Shown one piece after another: positions 26,573 through 42,900 of a DNA stretch of 64,000 nucleotides; the stretch's first letter is position 1; each line of letters begins with the position of its first letter. Below the pieces are notes generated by a model that worked only from the letters and a program-made list of their open reading frames with translations, was not told the DNA's origin and did not search any database. Where the stretch lies: assembly GCA_964057225.1 (NCBI GenBank), contig CAXKVF010000077.1, forward strand, positions 806,001 to 870,000, given 5' to 3'. The stretch comes from Auanema rhodensis (taxonomy: Eukaryota > Animalia > Nematoda). The position numbers were made by a program, and so were the translations under genes.

Positions 26573-29500
26573 AGTTACATACCAAGTGCACATCACGTGT
26601 ACATTTAATTAGCATAAATTAAAGTTCACGTAAATTTCAAAGTCATGGTTACCATGCACCAATATCAATAAAAATTTGTTTTTAGACTAATATGGACATG
26701 GGGAATCTAATTTTGAAAACCGCATCTCTTTATCTTTCACGTGAAGCGAGTTACATACCAAGTGCACATCACGTGTACATTTAATTAGCATAAATTAAAG
26801 TTCACGTAAATTTCAAAGTCATGGTTACCATGAACCAATATCAATAAAAATTTGTTTTTAGACTAATATGGACATGGGGAATCTAATTTTGAAAACCGCA
26901 TCTCTTTATCTTTCACGTGAAGCGAGTTACATACCAAGTGCACATCACGTGTACATTTAATTAGCATAAATTAAAGTTCACGTAAATTTCAAAGTCATGG
27001 TTACCATGCACCAATATCAATAAAAATTTGTTTTTAGACTAATATGGACATGGGGAATCTAATTTTGAAAACCGCATCTCTTTATCTTTCACGTGAAGCG
27101 AGTTACATACCAAGTGCACATCACGTGTACATTTAATTAGCATAAATTAAAGTTCACGTAAATTTCAAAGTCATGGTTACCATGAACCAATATCAATAAA
27201 AATTTGTTTTTAGACTAATATGGACATGGGGAATCTAATTTTGAAAACCGCATCTCTTTATCTTTCACGTGAAGCGAGTTACATACCAAGTGCACATCAC
27301 GTGTACATTTAATTAGCATAAATTAAAGTTCACGTAAATTTCAAAGTCATGGTTACCATGCACCAATATCAATAAAAATTTGTTTTTAGACTAATATGGA
27401 CATGGGGAATCTAATTTTGAAAACCGCATCTCTTTATCTTTCACGTGAAGCAAGTTACATACCAAGTGCACATCACGTGTACATTTAATTAGCATAAATT
27501 AAAGTTCACGTAAATTTCAAAGTCATGGTTACCATGAAGCAATATCAATAAAAATTTGTTTTTAGACTAATATGGACATGGGGAATCTAATTTTGAAAAC
27601 CGCATCTCTTTATCTTTCACGTGAAGCGAATTACATACCAAGTGCACATCACGTGTACATTTAATTAGCATAAATTAAAGTTCACGTAAATTTCAAAGTC
27701 ATGGTTACCATGAACCAATATCAATAAAAATTTGTTTTTAGACTAATATGGACATGGGGAATCTAATTTTGAAAACCGCATCTCTTTATCTTTCACGTGA
27801 AGCGAGTTACATACCAAGTGCACATCACGTGTACATTTAATTAGCATAAATTAAAGTTCACGTAAATTTCAAAGTCATGGTTACCATGCACCAATATCAA
27901 TAAAAATTTGTTTTTAGACTAATATGGACATGAGGAATCTAATTTTGAAAACCGCATCTCTTTATCTTTCACGTGAAGCGAGTTACATACCAAGTGCACA
28001 TCACGTGCACATTTAATTAGCATAAATTAAAGTTCACGTAAATTTCAAAGTCATGGTTACCATGAACCAATATCAATAAAAATTTGTTTTTAGACTAATA
28101 TGGACATGGGGAATCTAAGTTTGAAAACCGCATCTCTTTATCTTTCACGTGAAGCGAGTTACATACCAAGTGCACATCACGTGTACATTTAATTAGCATA
28201 AATTAAAGTTCACGTAAATTTCAAAGTCATGGTTACCATGCACCAATATCAATAAAAATTTGTTTTTAGACTAATATGGACATGGGGAATCTAATTTTGA
28301 AAACCGCATCTCTTTATCTTTCACGTGAAGCGAGTTACATACCAAGTGCACATCACGTGTACATTTAATTAGCATAAATTAAAGTTCACGTAAATTTCAA
28401 AGTCATGGTTACCATGAACCAATATCAATAAAAATTTGTTTTTAGACTAATATGGACATGGGGAATCTAATTTTGAAAACCGCATCTCTTTATCTTTCAC
28501 GTGAAGCGAGTTACATACCAAGTGCACATCACGTGTACATTTAATTAGCATAAATTAAAGTTCACGTAAATTTCAAAGTCATGGTTACCATGCACCAATA
28601 TCAATAAAAATTTGTTTTTAGACTAATATGGAAATGGGGAATCTAATTTTGAAAACCGCATCTCTTTATCTTTCACGTGAAGCGAGTTACATACCAAGTG
28701 CACATCACGTGTACATTTAATTAGCATAAATTAAAGTTCACGTAAATTTCAAAGTCATGGTTACCATGAACCAATATCAATAAAAATTTGTTTTTAGACT
28801 AATATGGACATGGGGAATCTAATTTTGAAAACCGCATCTCTTTATCTTTCACGTGAAGCGAGTTACATACCAAGTGCACATCACGTGTACATTTAATTAG
28901 CATAAATTAAAGTTCACGTAAATTTCAAAGTCATGGTTACCATGCACCAATATCAATAAAAATTTGTTTTTAGACTAATATGGACATGGGGAATCTAATT
29001 TTGAAAACCGCATCTCTTTATCTTTCACGTGAAGCAAGTTACATACCAAGTGCACATCACGTGTACATTTAATTAGCATAAATTAAAGTTCACGTAAATT
29101 TCAAAGTCATGGTTACCATGAAGCAATATCAATAAAAATTTGTTTTTAGACTAATATGGACATGGGGAATCTAATTTTGAAAACCGCATCTCTTTATCTT
29201 TCACGTGAAGCGAATTACATACCAAGTGCACATCACGTGTACATTTAATTAGCATAAATTAAAGTTCACGTAAATTTCAAAGTCATGGTTACCATGAACC
29301 AATATCAATAAAAATTTGTTTTTAGACTAATATGGACATGGGGAATCTAATTTTGAAAACCGCATCTCTTTATCTTTCACGTGAAGCGAGTTACATACCA
29401 AGTGCACATCACGTGTACATTTAATTAGCATAAATTAAAGTTCACGTAAATTTCAAAGTCATGGTTACCATGCACCAATATCAATAAAAATTTGTTTTTA

Positions 29501-29740
29501 GACTAATATGGACATGAGGAATCTAATTTTGAAAACCGCATCTCTTTATCTTTCACGTGAAGCGAGTTACATACCAAGTGCACATCACGTGCACATTTAA
29601 TTAGCATAAATTAAAGTTCACGTAAATTTCAAAGTCATGGTTACCATGAACCAATATCAATAAAAATTTGTTTTTAGACTAATATGGACATGGGGAATCT
29701 AATTTTGAAAACCGCATCTCTTTATCTTTCACGTGAAGCG
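26573..29740. repeat. 9-monomer (1584 bp) tandem duplication: 26573-28156 and 28157-29740
   Basis: Shared m176A, m2A, m129A and m28C at 1584-bp offset, with identical type order. Confidence 0.85.
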
Positions 29741-32700
29741 AGTTACATACCAAGTGCACATCACGTGTACATTTGATTAGCATAAATTAAAGTTCACGTA
29801 AATTTCAAAGTCATGGTTACCATGAAGCAATATCAATAAAAATTTGTTTTTAGACTAATATTGACATGGGGAATCTAATTTTGAAAACCGCATCTCTTTA
29901 TCTTTCACGTGAAGCGAGTTACATATCAAGTGCACATCACGTGTACATTTAATTAGCATAAATTAAAGTTCACGTAAATTTCAAAGTCATGGTTACCATG
30001 AACCAATATCAATAAAAATTTGTTTTTAGACTAATATGGACATGGGGAATCTAATTTTGAAAACCGCATCTCTTTATCTTTCACGTGAAGCGAGTTACAT
30101 ACCAAGTGCACATCACGTGTACATTTAATTAGCATAAATTAAAGTTCACGTAAATTTCAAAGTCATGGTTACCATGCACCAATATCAATAAAAATTTGTT
30201 TTTAGACTAATATGGACATGGGGAATCTAAGTTTGAAAACCGCATCTCTTTATCTTTCACGTGAAGCGAGTTACATACCAAGTGCACATCACGTGTACAT
30301 TTAATTAGCATAAATTAAAGTTCACGTAAATTTCAAAGTCATGGTTACCATGCACCAATATCAATAAAAATTTGTTTTTAGACTAATATGGACATGGGGA
30401 ATCTAATTTTGAAAACCGCATCTCTTTATCTTTCACGTGAAGCGAGTTACATACCAAGTGCACATCACGTGTACATTTAATTAGCATAAATTAAAGTTCA
30501 CGTAAATTTCAAAGTCATGGTTACCATGAACCAATATCAATAAAAATTTGTTTTTAGACTAATATGGACATGGGGAATCTAATTTTGAAAACCGCATCTC
30601 TTTATCTTTCACGTGAAGCGAGTTACATACCAAGTGCACATCACGTGTACATTTAATTAGCATAAATTAAAGTTCACGTAAATTTCAAAGTCATGGTTAC
30701 CATGCACCAATATCAATAAAAATTTGTTTTTAGACTAATATGGACATGGGGAATCTAATTTTGAAAACCGCATCTCTTTATCTTTCACGTGAAGCGAGTT
30801 ACATACCAAGTGCACATCACGTGTACATTTAATTAGCATAAATTAAAGTTCACGTAAATTTCAAAGTCATGGTTACCATGCACCAATATCAATAAAAATT
30901 TGTTTTTAGACTAATATGGACATGGGGAATCTAATTTTGAAAACCGCATCTCTTTATCTTTCACGTGAAGCGAGTTACATACCAAGTGCACATCACGTGT
31001 ACATTTAATTAGCATAAATTAAAGTTCACGTAAATTTCAAAGTCATGGTTACCATGAACCAATATCAATAAAAATTTGTTTTTAGACTAATATGGACATG
31101 GGGAATCTAATTTTGAAAACCGCATCTCTTTATCTTTCACGTGAAGCGAGTTACATACCAAGTGCACATCACGTGTACATTTAATTAGCATAAATTAAAG
31201 TTCACATAAATTTCAAAGTCATGGTTACCATGAAGCAATATCAATAAAAATTTGTTTTTAGACTAATATGGACATGAGGAATCTAATTTTGAAAACCGCA
31301 TCTCTATATCTTTCACGTGAAGCGAGTTACATACCAAGTGCACATCACGTGTACATTTAATTAGCATAAATTAAAGTTCACGTAAATTTCAAAGTCATGG
31401 TTACCATGAACCAATATCAATAAAAAATTTTTTTTAGACTAATATGGACATGGGGAATCTAATTTTGAAAACCGCATCTCTTTATCTTTCACGTGAAGCG
31501 AGTTACATACCAAGTGCACATCACGTGTACATTTAATTAGCATAAATTAAAGTTCACGTAAATTTCAAAGTCATGGTTACCATGAACCAATATCAATAAA
31601 AATTTGTTTTTAGACTAATATGGACATGGGGAATCTAATTTTGAAAACCGCATCTCTTTATCTTTCACTTGAAGCGAGTTACATACCAAGTGCACATCAC
31701 GTGTACATTTAATTAGCATAAATTAAAGTTCACGTAAATTTCAAAGTCATGGTTACCATGAACCAATATCAATAAAAATTTGTTTTTAGACTAATATGGA
31801 CATGGGGAATCTAATTTTGAAAACCGCATCTCTTTATCTTTCACGTGAAGCGAGTTACATACCAAGTGCACATCACGTGTACATTTAATTAGCATAAATT
31901 AAAGTTCACGTAAATTTCAAAGTCATGGTTACCATGAAGCAATATCAATACAAATTTGTTTTTAGACTAATATGGACATGGGGAATCTAATTTTGAAAAC
32001 CGCATCTCTTTATCTTTCACGTGAAGCGAGTTACATACCAAGTGCACATCACGTGTACATTTAATTAGCATAAATTAAAGTTCACGTAAATTTCAAAGTC
32101 ATGGTTACCATGAACCAATATCAATAAAAATTTGTTTTTAGACTAATATGGACATGGGGAATCTAATTTTGAAAACCGCATCTCTTTATCTTTCACGTGA
32201 AGCGAGTTACATACCAAGTGCACATCACGTGTACATTTAATTAGCATAAATTAAAGTTCACGTAAATTTCAAAGTCATGGTTACCATGAACCAATATCAA
32301 TAAAAATTTGTTTTTAGACTAATATGGACATGGGGAATCTAATTTTGAAAACCGCATCTCTTTATCTTTCACGTGAAGCGAGTTACATACCAAGTGCACA
32401 TCACGTGTACATTTAATTAGCATAAATTAAAGTTCACGTAAATTTCAAAGTCATGGTTACCATGAAGCAATATCAATAAAAATTTGTTTTTAGACTAATA
32501 TGGACATGGGGAATCTAATTTTGAAAACCGCATCTCTTTATCTTTCACGTGAAGCGAGTTACATACCAAGTGCACATCACGTGTACATTTAATTAGCATA
32601 AATTAAAGTTCACGTAAATTTCAAAGTCATGGTTACCATGCACCAATATCAATAAAAATTTGTTTTTAGACTAATATGGACATGGGGAATCTAATTTTGA

Positions 32701-34492
32701 AAACCGCATCTCTTTATCTTTCACGTGAAGCGAGTTACATACCAAGTGCACATCACGTGTACATTTAATTAGCATAAATTAAAGTTCACGTAAATTTCAA
32801 AGTCATGGTTACCATGAACCAATATCAATAAAAATTTGTTTTTAGACTAATATGGACATGGGGAATCTAATTTTGAAAACCGCATCTCTTTATCTTTCAC
32901 GTGAAGCGAGTTACATACCAAGTGCACATCACGTGTACATTTAATTAGCATAAATTAAAGTTCACGTAAATTTCAAAGTCATGGTTACCATGAACCAATA
33001 TCAATAAAAATTTGTTTTTAGACTAATATGGACATGGGGAATCTAATTTTGAAAACCGCATCTCTTTATCTTTCACGTGAAGCGAGTTACATACCAAGTG
33101 CACATCACGTGTACATTTAATTAGCATAAATTAAAGTTCACGTAAATTTCAAAGTCATGGTTACCATGAACCAATATCAATAAAAATTTGTTTTTAGACT
33201 AATATGGACATGGGGAATCTAATTTTAAAAACCGCATCTCTTTATCTTTCACGTGAAGCGAGTTACATACCAAGTGCACATCACGTGTACATTTAATTAG
33301 CATAAATTAAAGTTCACGTAAATTTCAAAGTCATGGTTACCATGAACCAATATCAATAAAAATTTGTTTTTAGACTAATATGGACATGGGGAATCTAATT
33401 TTGAAAACCGCATCTCTTTATCTTTCACGTGAAGCGAGTTACATACCAAGTGCACATCACGTGTACATTTAATTAGCATAAATTAAAGTTCACGTAAATT
33501 TCAAAGTCATGGTTACCATGAAGCAATATCAATACAAATTTGTTTTTAGACTAATATGGACATGGGGAATCTAATTTTGAAAACCGCATCTCTTTATCTT
33601 TCACGTGAAGCGAGTTACATACCAAGTGCACATCACGTGTACATTTAATTAGCATAAATTAAAGTTCACGTAAATTTCAAAGTCATGGTTACCATGCACC
33701 AATATCAATAAAAATTTGTTTTTAGACTAATATGGACATGGGGAATCTAATTTTGAAAACCGCATCTCTTTATCTTTCACGTGAAGCGAGTTACATACCA
33801 AGTGCACATCACGTGTACATTTAATTAGCATAAATTAAAGTTCACGTAAATTTCAAAGTCATGGTTACCATGCACCAATATCAATAAAAATTTGTTTTTA
33901 GACTAATATGGACATGGGGAATCTAATTTTGAAAACCGCATCTCTTTATCTTTCACGTGAAGCGAGTTACATACCAAGTGCACATCACGTGTACATTTAA
34001 TTAGCATAAATTAAAGTTCACGTAAATTTCAAAGTCATGGTTACCATGAACCAATATCAATAAAAATTTGTTTTTAGACTAATATGGACATGGGGAATCT
34101 AATTTTGAAAACCGCATCTCTTTATCTTTCACGTGAAGCGAGTTACATACCAAGTGCACATCACGTGTACATTTAATTAGCATAAATTAAAGTTCACATA
34201 AATTTCAAAGTCATGGTTACCATGAAGCAATATCAATAAAAATTTGTTTTTAGACTAATATGGACATGGGGAATCTAATTTTGAAAACCGCATCTCTATA
34301 TCTTTCACGTGAAGCGAGTTACATACCAAGTGCACATCACGTGTACATTTAATTAGCATAAATTAAAGTTCACGTAAATTTCAAAGTCATGGTTACCATG
34401 AACCAATATCAATAAAAATTTGTTTTTAGACTAATATGGACATGGGGAATCTAATTTTGAAAACCGCATCTCTTTATCTTTCACGTGAAGCG

Positions 34493-37400
34493 AGTTACAT
34501 ACCAAGTGCACATCACGTGTACATTTAATTAGCATAAATTAAAGTTCACGTAAATTTCAAAGTCATGGTTACCATGCACCAATATCAATAAAAATTTGTT
34601 TTTAGACTAATATGGACATGGGGAATCTAATTTTGAAAACCGCATCTCTTTATCTTTCACGTGAAGCGAGTTACATACCAAGTGCACATCACGTGTACAT
34701 TTAATTAGCATAAATTAAAGTTCACGTAAATTTCAAAGTCATGGTTAACATGAACCAATATCAATAAAAATTTGTTTTTAGACTAATATGGACATGGGGA
34801 ATCTAATTTTAAAAACCGCATCTCTTTATCTTTCACGTGAAGCGAGTTACATACCAAGTGCACATCACGTGTACATTTAATTAGCATAAATTAAAGTTCA
34901 CGTAAATTTCAAAGTCATGGTTACCATGAAGCAATATCAATAAAAATTTGTTTTTAGACTAATATGGACATGGGGAATCTAATTTTGAAAACCGCATCTC
35001 TTTATCTTTCACGTGAAGCGAGTTACATACCAAGTGCACATCACGTGTACATTTAATTAGCATAAATTAAAGTTCACGTAAATTTCAAAGTCATGGTTAT
35101 CATGAACCAATATCAATAAAAATTTGTTTTTAGACTAATATGGACATGGGGAATCTAATTTTGAAAACCGCATCTCTTTATCTTTCACGTGAAGCGAGTT
35201 ACATACCAAGTGCACATCACGTGTACATTTAATTAGCATAAATTAAAGTTCACGTAAATTTCAAAGTCATGGTTACCATGAACCAATATCAATAAAAATT
35301 TGTTTTTAGACTAATATGGACATGGGGAATCTAATTTTGAAAACCGCATCTCTTTATCTTTCACGTGAAGCGAGTTACATACCAAGTGCACATCACGTGT
35401 ACATTTAATTAGCATAAATTAAAGTTCACGTAAATTTCAAAGTCATGGTTACCATGAACTAATATCAATAAAAATTTGTTTTTAGACTAATATGGACATG
35501 GGGAATCTAATTTTGAAAACCGCATCTCTTTATCTTTCACGTGAAGCGAGTTACATACCAAGTGCACATCACGTGTACATTTAATTAGCATAAATTAAAG
35601 TTCACGTAAATTTCAAAGTCATGGTTACCATGAAGCAATATCAATAAAAATTTGTTTTTAGACTAATATGGACATGGGGAATCTAATTTTGAAAACCGCA
35701 TCTCTTTATCTTTCACGTGAAGCGAGTTACATACCAAGTGCACATCACGTGTACATTTAATTAGCATAAATTAAAGTTCACGTAAAATTCAAAGTCATGA
35801 TTACCATGAACCAATATCAATAAAAATTTGTTTTTAGACTAATATGGACATGGGGAATCTAATTTTGAAAACCGCATCTCTTTATTTTTCACGTGAAGCG
35901 AGTTACATACCAAGTGCACATCACGTGTACATTTAATTAGCATAAATTAAAGTTCACGTAAATTTCAAAGTCATGGTTACCATGAACCAATATCAATAAA
36001 AATTTGTTTTTAGACTAATATGGACATGGGGAATCTAATTTTGAAAACCGCATCTCTTTATCTTTCACGTGAAGCGAGTTACATACCAAGTGCACATCAC
36101 GTGTACATTTAATTAGCATAAATTAAAGTTCACGTAAATTTCAAAGTCATGGTTACCATGCACCAATATTAATAAAAATTTGTTTTTAGACTAATATGGA
36201 CATGGGAAATCTAATTTTGAAAACCGCATCTCTTTATCTTTCACGTGAAGCGAGTTACATACCAAGTGCACATCACGTGTACATTTAATTAGCATAAATT
36301 AAAGTTCACGTAAATTTCAAAGTCATGGTTACCATGAAGCAATATCAATAAAAATTTGTTTTTAGACTAATATGGACATGGGGAATCTAATTTTGAAAAC
36401 CGCATCTCTTTATCTTTCACGTGAAGCGAGTTACATACCAAGTGCACATCACGTGTACATTTAATTAGCATAAATTAAAGTTCACGTAAATTTCAAAGTC
36501 ATGGTTACCATGCACCAATATCAATAAAAATTTGCTTTTAGACTAATATGGACATGGGGAATCTAATTTTGAAAACCGCATCTCTTTATCTTTCACGTGA
36601 AGCGAGTTACATACCAAGTGCACATCACGTGTACATTTAATTAGCATAAATTAAAGTTCACGTAAATTTCAAAGTCATGGTTACCATGAACCAATATCAA
36701 TAAAAATTTGTTTTTAGACTAATATGGACATGGGGAATCTAATTTTGAAAACCGCATCTCTTTATCTTTCACGTGAAGCGAGTTACATACCAAGTGCACA
36801 TCACGTGTACATTTAATTAGCATAAATTAAAGTTCACGTAAATTTCAAAGTCATGGTTACCATGAACCAATATCAATAAAAATTTGTTTTTAGACTAATA
36901 TGGACATGGGGAATCTAATTTTGAAAACCGCATCTCTTTATCTTTCACGTGAAGCGAGTTACATACCAAGTGCACATCACGTGTACATTTAATTAGCATA
37001 AATTAAAGTTCACGTAAATTTCAAAGTCATGGTTACCATGCACCAATATCAATAAAAATTGGTTTTTAGACTAATATGGACATGGGGAATCTAATTTTGA
37101 AAACCGCATCTCTTTATCTTTCACGTGAAGCGAGTTACATACCAAGTGCACATCACGTGTACATTTAATTAGCATAAATTAAAGTTCACGTAAATTTCAA
37201 AGTCATGGTTACCATGAACCAATATCAATAAAAATTTGTTTTTAGACTAATATGGACATGGGGAATCTAATTTTGAAAACCGCATCTTTTTATCTTTCAC
37301 GTGAAGCGAGTTACATACTAAGTGCACATCACGTGTACATTTAATTAGCATAAATTAAAGTTCACGTAAATTTCAAAGTCATGGTTACCATGCACCAATA

Positions 37401-39948
37401 TCAATAAAAATTGGTTTTTAGACTTATATGGACATGGGGAATCTAATTTTGAAAACCGCATCTCTTTATCTTTCACGTGAAGCGAGTTACATACCAAGTG
37501 CACATCACGTGTACATTTAATTAGCATAAATTAAAGTTCACGTAAATTTCAAAGTCATGGTTACCATGCACCAATATCAATAAAAATTTGTTTTTAGACT
37601 AATATGGACATGGGGAATCTAATTTTGAAAACCGCATCTCTTTATCTTTCACGTGAAGCGAGTTACATACCAAGTGCACATCACGTGTACATTTAATTAG
37701 CATAAATTAAAGTTCACGTAAATTTCAAAGTCATGGTTACCATGAACCAATATCAATAAAAATTTGTTTTTAGACTAATATGGACATGGGGAATCTAATT
37801 TTGAAAACCGCATCTCTTTATCTTTCACGTGAAGCGAGTTACATACCAAGTGCACATCACGTGTACATTTAATTAGCATAAATTAAAGTTCACGTAAATT
37901 TCAAAGTCATGGTTACCATGAAGCAATATCAATAAAAATTTGTTTTTAGACTAATATGGACATGGGGAATCTAATTTTGAAAACCGCATCTCTTTATCTT
38001 TCACGTGAAGCGAGTTACATACCAAGTGCACATCACGTGTACATTTAATTAGCATAAATTAAAGTTCACGTAAATTTCAAAGTCATGGTTATCATGAACC
38101 AATATCAATAAAAATTTGTTTTTAGACTAATATGGACATGGGGAATCTAATTTTGAAAACCGCATCTCTTTATCTTTCACGTGAAGCGAGTTACATACCA
38201 AGTGCACATCACGTGTACATTTAATTAGCATAAATTAAAGTTCACGTAAATTTCAAAGTCATGGTTACCATGAACCAATATCAATAAAAATTTGTTTTTA
38301 GACTAATATGGACATGGGGAATCTAATTTTGAAAACCGCATCTCTTTATCTTTCACGTGAAGCGAGTTACATACCAAGTGCACATCACGTGTACATTTAA
38401 TTAGCATAAATTAAAGTTCACGTAAATTTCAAAGTCATGGTTACCATGAACTAATATCAATAAAAATTTGTTTTTAGACTAATATGGACATGGGGAATCT
38501 AATTTTGAAAACCGCATCTCTTTATCTTTCACGTGAAGCGAGTTACATACCAAGTGCACATCACGTGTACATTTAATTAGCATAAATTAAAGTTCACGTA
38601 AATTTCAAAGTCATGGTTACCATGAAGCAATATCAATAAAAATTTGTTTTTAGACTAATATGGACATGGGGAATCTAATTTTGAAAACCGCATCTCTTTA
38701 TCTTTCACGTGAAGCGAGTTACATACCAAGTGCACATCACGTGTACATTTAATTAGCATAAATTAAAGTTCACGTAAAATTCAAAGTCATGATTACCATG
38801 AACCAATATCAATAAAAATTTGTTTTTAGACTAATATGGACATGGGGAATCTAATTTTGAAAACCGCATCTCTTTATTTTTCACGTGAAGCGAGTTACAT
38901 ACCAAGTGCACATCACGTGTACATTTAATTAGCATAAATTAAAGTTCACGTAAATTTCAAAGTCATGGTTACCATGAACCAATATCAATAACAATTTGTT
39001 TTTAGACTAATATGGACATGGGGAATCTAATTTTGAAAACCGCATCTCTTTATCTTTCACGTGAAGCGAGTTACATACCAAGTGCACATCACGTGTACAT
39101 TTAATTAGCATAAATTAAAGTTCACGTAAATTTCAAAGTCATGGTTACCATGCACCAATATTAATAAAAATTTGTTTTTAGACTAATATGGACATGGGAA
39201 ATCTAATTTTGAAAACCGCATCTCTTTATCTTTCACGTGAAGCGAGTTACATACCAAGTGCACATCACGTGTACATTTAATTAGCATAAATTAAAGTTCA
39301 CGTAAATTTCAAAGTCATGGTTACCATGAAGCAATATCAATAAAAATTTGTTTTTAGACTAATATGGACATGGGGAATCTAATTTTGAAAACCGCATCTC
39401 TTTATCTTTCACGTGAAGCGAGTTACATACCAAGTGCACATCACGTGTACATTTAATTAGCATAAATTAAAGTTCACGTAAATTTCAAAGTCATGGTTAC
39501 CATGCACCAATATCAATAAAAATTTGCTTTTAGACTAATATGGACATGGGGAATCTAATTTTGAAAACCGCATCTCTTTATCTTTCACGTGAAGCGAGTT
39601 ACATACCAAGTGCACATCACGTGTACATTTAATTAGCATAAATTAAAGTTCACGTAAATTTCAAAGTCATGGTTACCATGAACCAATATCAATAAAAATT
39701 TGTTTTTAGACTAATATGGACATGGGGAATCTAATTTTGAAAACCGCATCTCTTTATCTTTCACGTGAAGCGAGTTACATACCAAGTGCACATCACGTGT
39801 ACATTTAATTAGCATAAATTAAAGTTCACGTAAATTTCAAAGTCATGGTTACCATGAACCAATATCAATAAAAATTTGTTTTTAGACTAATATGGGCATG
39901 GGGAATCTAATTTTGAAAACCGCATCTCTTTATCTTTCACGTGAAGCG
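34493..39948. repeat. About 14-monomer block 34493-36956 repeated at 37485-39948 (period 17 monomers, 2992 bp)
   Basis: Shared m80T, m88T, m63A+m76A+m162T, m94T+m131A and m107C. Confidence 0.85.
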
Positions 39949-42900
39949 AGTTACATACCAAGTGCACATCACGTGTACATTTAATTAGCATAAATTAAAG
40001 TTCACGTAAATTTCAAAGTCATGGTTACCATGAAGCAATATCAATAAAAATTTGTTTTTAGACTAATATGGACATGGGGAATCTAATTTTGAAAACCGCA
40101 TCTCTTTATCTTTCACGTGAAGCGAGTTACATACCAAGTGCACATCACGTGTACATTTAATTAGCATAAATTAAAGTTCACGTAAATTTCAAAGTCATGG
40201 TTACCATGAAGCAATATCAATAAAAATTTGTTTTTAGACTAATATGGACATGGGGAATCTAATTTTGAAAACCGCATCTCTTTATCTTTCACGTGAAGCG
40301 AGTTACATACCAAGTGCACATCACGTGTACATTTAATTAGCATAAATTAAAGTTCACGTAAATTTCAAAGTCATGGTTACCATGAACCAATATCAATAAA
40401 AATTTGTTTTTAGACTAATATGGACATGGGGAATCTAATTTTGAAAACCGCATCTCTTTATCTTTCACGTGAAGCGAGTTACATACCAAGTGCACATCAC
40501 GTGTACATTTAATTAGCATAAATTAAAGTTCACGTAAATTTCAAAGTCATGGTTACCATGAACCAATATCAATAAAAATTTGTTTTTAGACTAATATGGA
40601 CATGGGGAATCTAATTTTGAAAACCGCATCTCTTTATCTTTCACGTGAAGCGAGTTACATACCAAGTGCACATCACGTGTACATTTAATTAGCATAAATT
40701 AAAGTTCACGTAAATTTCAAAGTCATGGTTACCATGAAGCAATATCAATAAAAATTTGTTTTTAGACTAATATGGACATGGGGAATCTAATTTTGAAAAC
40801 CGCATCTCTTTATCTTTCACGTGAAGCGAGTTACATACCAAGTGCACATCACGTGTACATTTAATTAGCATAAATTAAAGTTCACGTAAATTTCAAAGTC
40901 ATGGTTACCATGCACCAATATCAATAAAAATTTGTTTTTAGACTAATATGGACATGGGGAATCTAATTTTGAAAACCGCATCTCTTTATCTTTCACGTGA
41001 AGCGAGTTACATACCAAGTGCACATCACGTGTACATTTAATTAGCATAAATTAAAGTTCACGTAAATTTCAAAGTCATGGTTACCATGAAGCAATATCAA
41101 TAAAAATTTGTTTTTAGACTAATATGGACATGGGGAATCTAATTTTGGAAACCGCGTCTCTTTATCTTTCACGTGAAGCGAGTTACATACCAAGTGCACA
41201 TCACGTGTACATTTAATTAGCATAAATTAAAGTTCACGTAAATTTCAAAGTCATGGTTACCATGAACCAATATCAATAAAAATTTGTTTTTAGACTAATA
41301 TGGACATGGGGAATCTAATTTTGAAAACCGCATCTCTTTATCTTTCACGTGAAGCGAGTTACATACCAAGTGCACATCACGTGTACATTTAATTAGCATA
41401 AATTAAAGTTCACGTAAATTTCAAAGTCATGGTTACCATGAACCAATATCAATAAAAATTTGTTTTTAGACTAATATGGACATGGGGAATCTAATTTTGA
41501 AAACCGCATCTCTTTATCTTTCACGTGAAGCGAGTTACATACCAAGTGCACATCACGTGTACATTTAATTAGCATAAATTAAAGTTCACGTAAATTTCAA
41601 AGTCATGGTTACCATGAAGCAATATCAATAAAAATTTGTTTTTAGACTAATATGGACATGGGGAATCTAATTTTGAAAACCGCATCTCTTTATCTTTCAC
41701 GTGAAGCGAGTTACATACCAAGTGCACATCACGTGTACATTTAATTAGCATAAATTAAAGTTCACGTAAATTTCAAAGTCATGGTTACCATGAAGCAATA
41801 TCAATAAAAATTTGTTTTTAGACTAATATGGACATGGGGAATCTAATTTTGGAAACCGCGTCTCTTTATCTTTCACGTGAAGCGAGTTACATACCAAGTG
41901 CACATCACGTGTACATTTAATTAGCATAAATTAAAGTTCACGTAAATTTCAAAGTCATGGTTACCATGAACCAATATCAATAAAAATTTGTTTTTAGACT
42001 AATATGGACATGGGGAATCTAATTTTGAAAACCGCATCTCTTTATTTTTCACGTGAAGCGAGTTACATACCAAGTGCACATCACGTGTACATTTAATTAG
42101 CATAAATTAAAGTTCACGTAAATTTCAAAGTCATGGTTACCATGAACCAATATCAATAAAAATTTGTTTTTAGACTAATATGGACATGGGGAATCTAATT
42201 TTGAAAACCGCATCTCTTTATCTTTCACGTGAAGCGAGTTACATACCAAGTGCACATCACGTGTACATTTAATTAGCATAAATTAAAGTTCACGTAAATT
42301 TCAAAGTCATGGTTACCATGAACTAATATCAATAAAAATTCGTTTTTAGACTAATATGGACATGGGGAATCTAATTTTGAAAACCGCATCTCTTTATCTT
42401 TCACGTGAAGCGAGTTACATACCAAGTGCACATCACGTGTACATTTAATTAGCATAAATTAAAGTTCACGTAAATTTCAAAGTCATGGTTACCATGAAGC
42501 AATATCAATAAAAATTTGTTTTTAGACTAATATGGACATGGGGAATCTAATTTTGAAAACCGCATCTCTTTATCTTTCACGTGAAGCGAGTTACATACCA
42601 AGTGCACATCACGTGTACATTTAATTAGCATAAATTAAAGTTCACGTAAATTTCAAAGTCATGGTTACCATGAACCAATATCAATAAAAATTTGTTTTTA
42701 GACTAATATGGACATGGGGAATCTAATTTTGAAAACCGCATCTCTTTATCTTTCACGTGAAGCGAGTTACATACCAAGTGCACATCACGTGTACATTTAA
42801 TTAGCATAAATTAAAGTTCACGTAAATTTCAAAGTCATGGTTACCATGAAGCAATATCAATAAAAATTTGTTTTTAGACTAATATGGACATGGGGAATCT

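Noticed and set aside
37345-37527. 60-aa minus-strand ORF (MLIKCTRDVH...)
   Set aside because: It is the satellite read in reverse. It is open only because A>T at 37425 (m117) removes the TAG present in nearly all other copies. No recognisable protein family.
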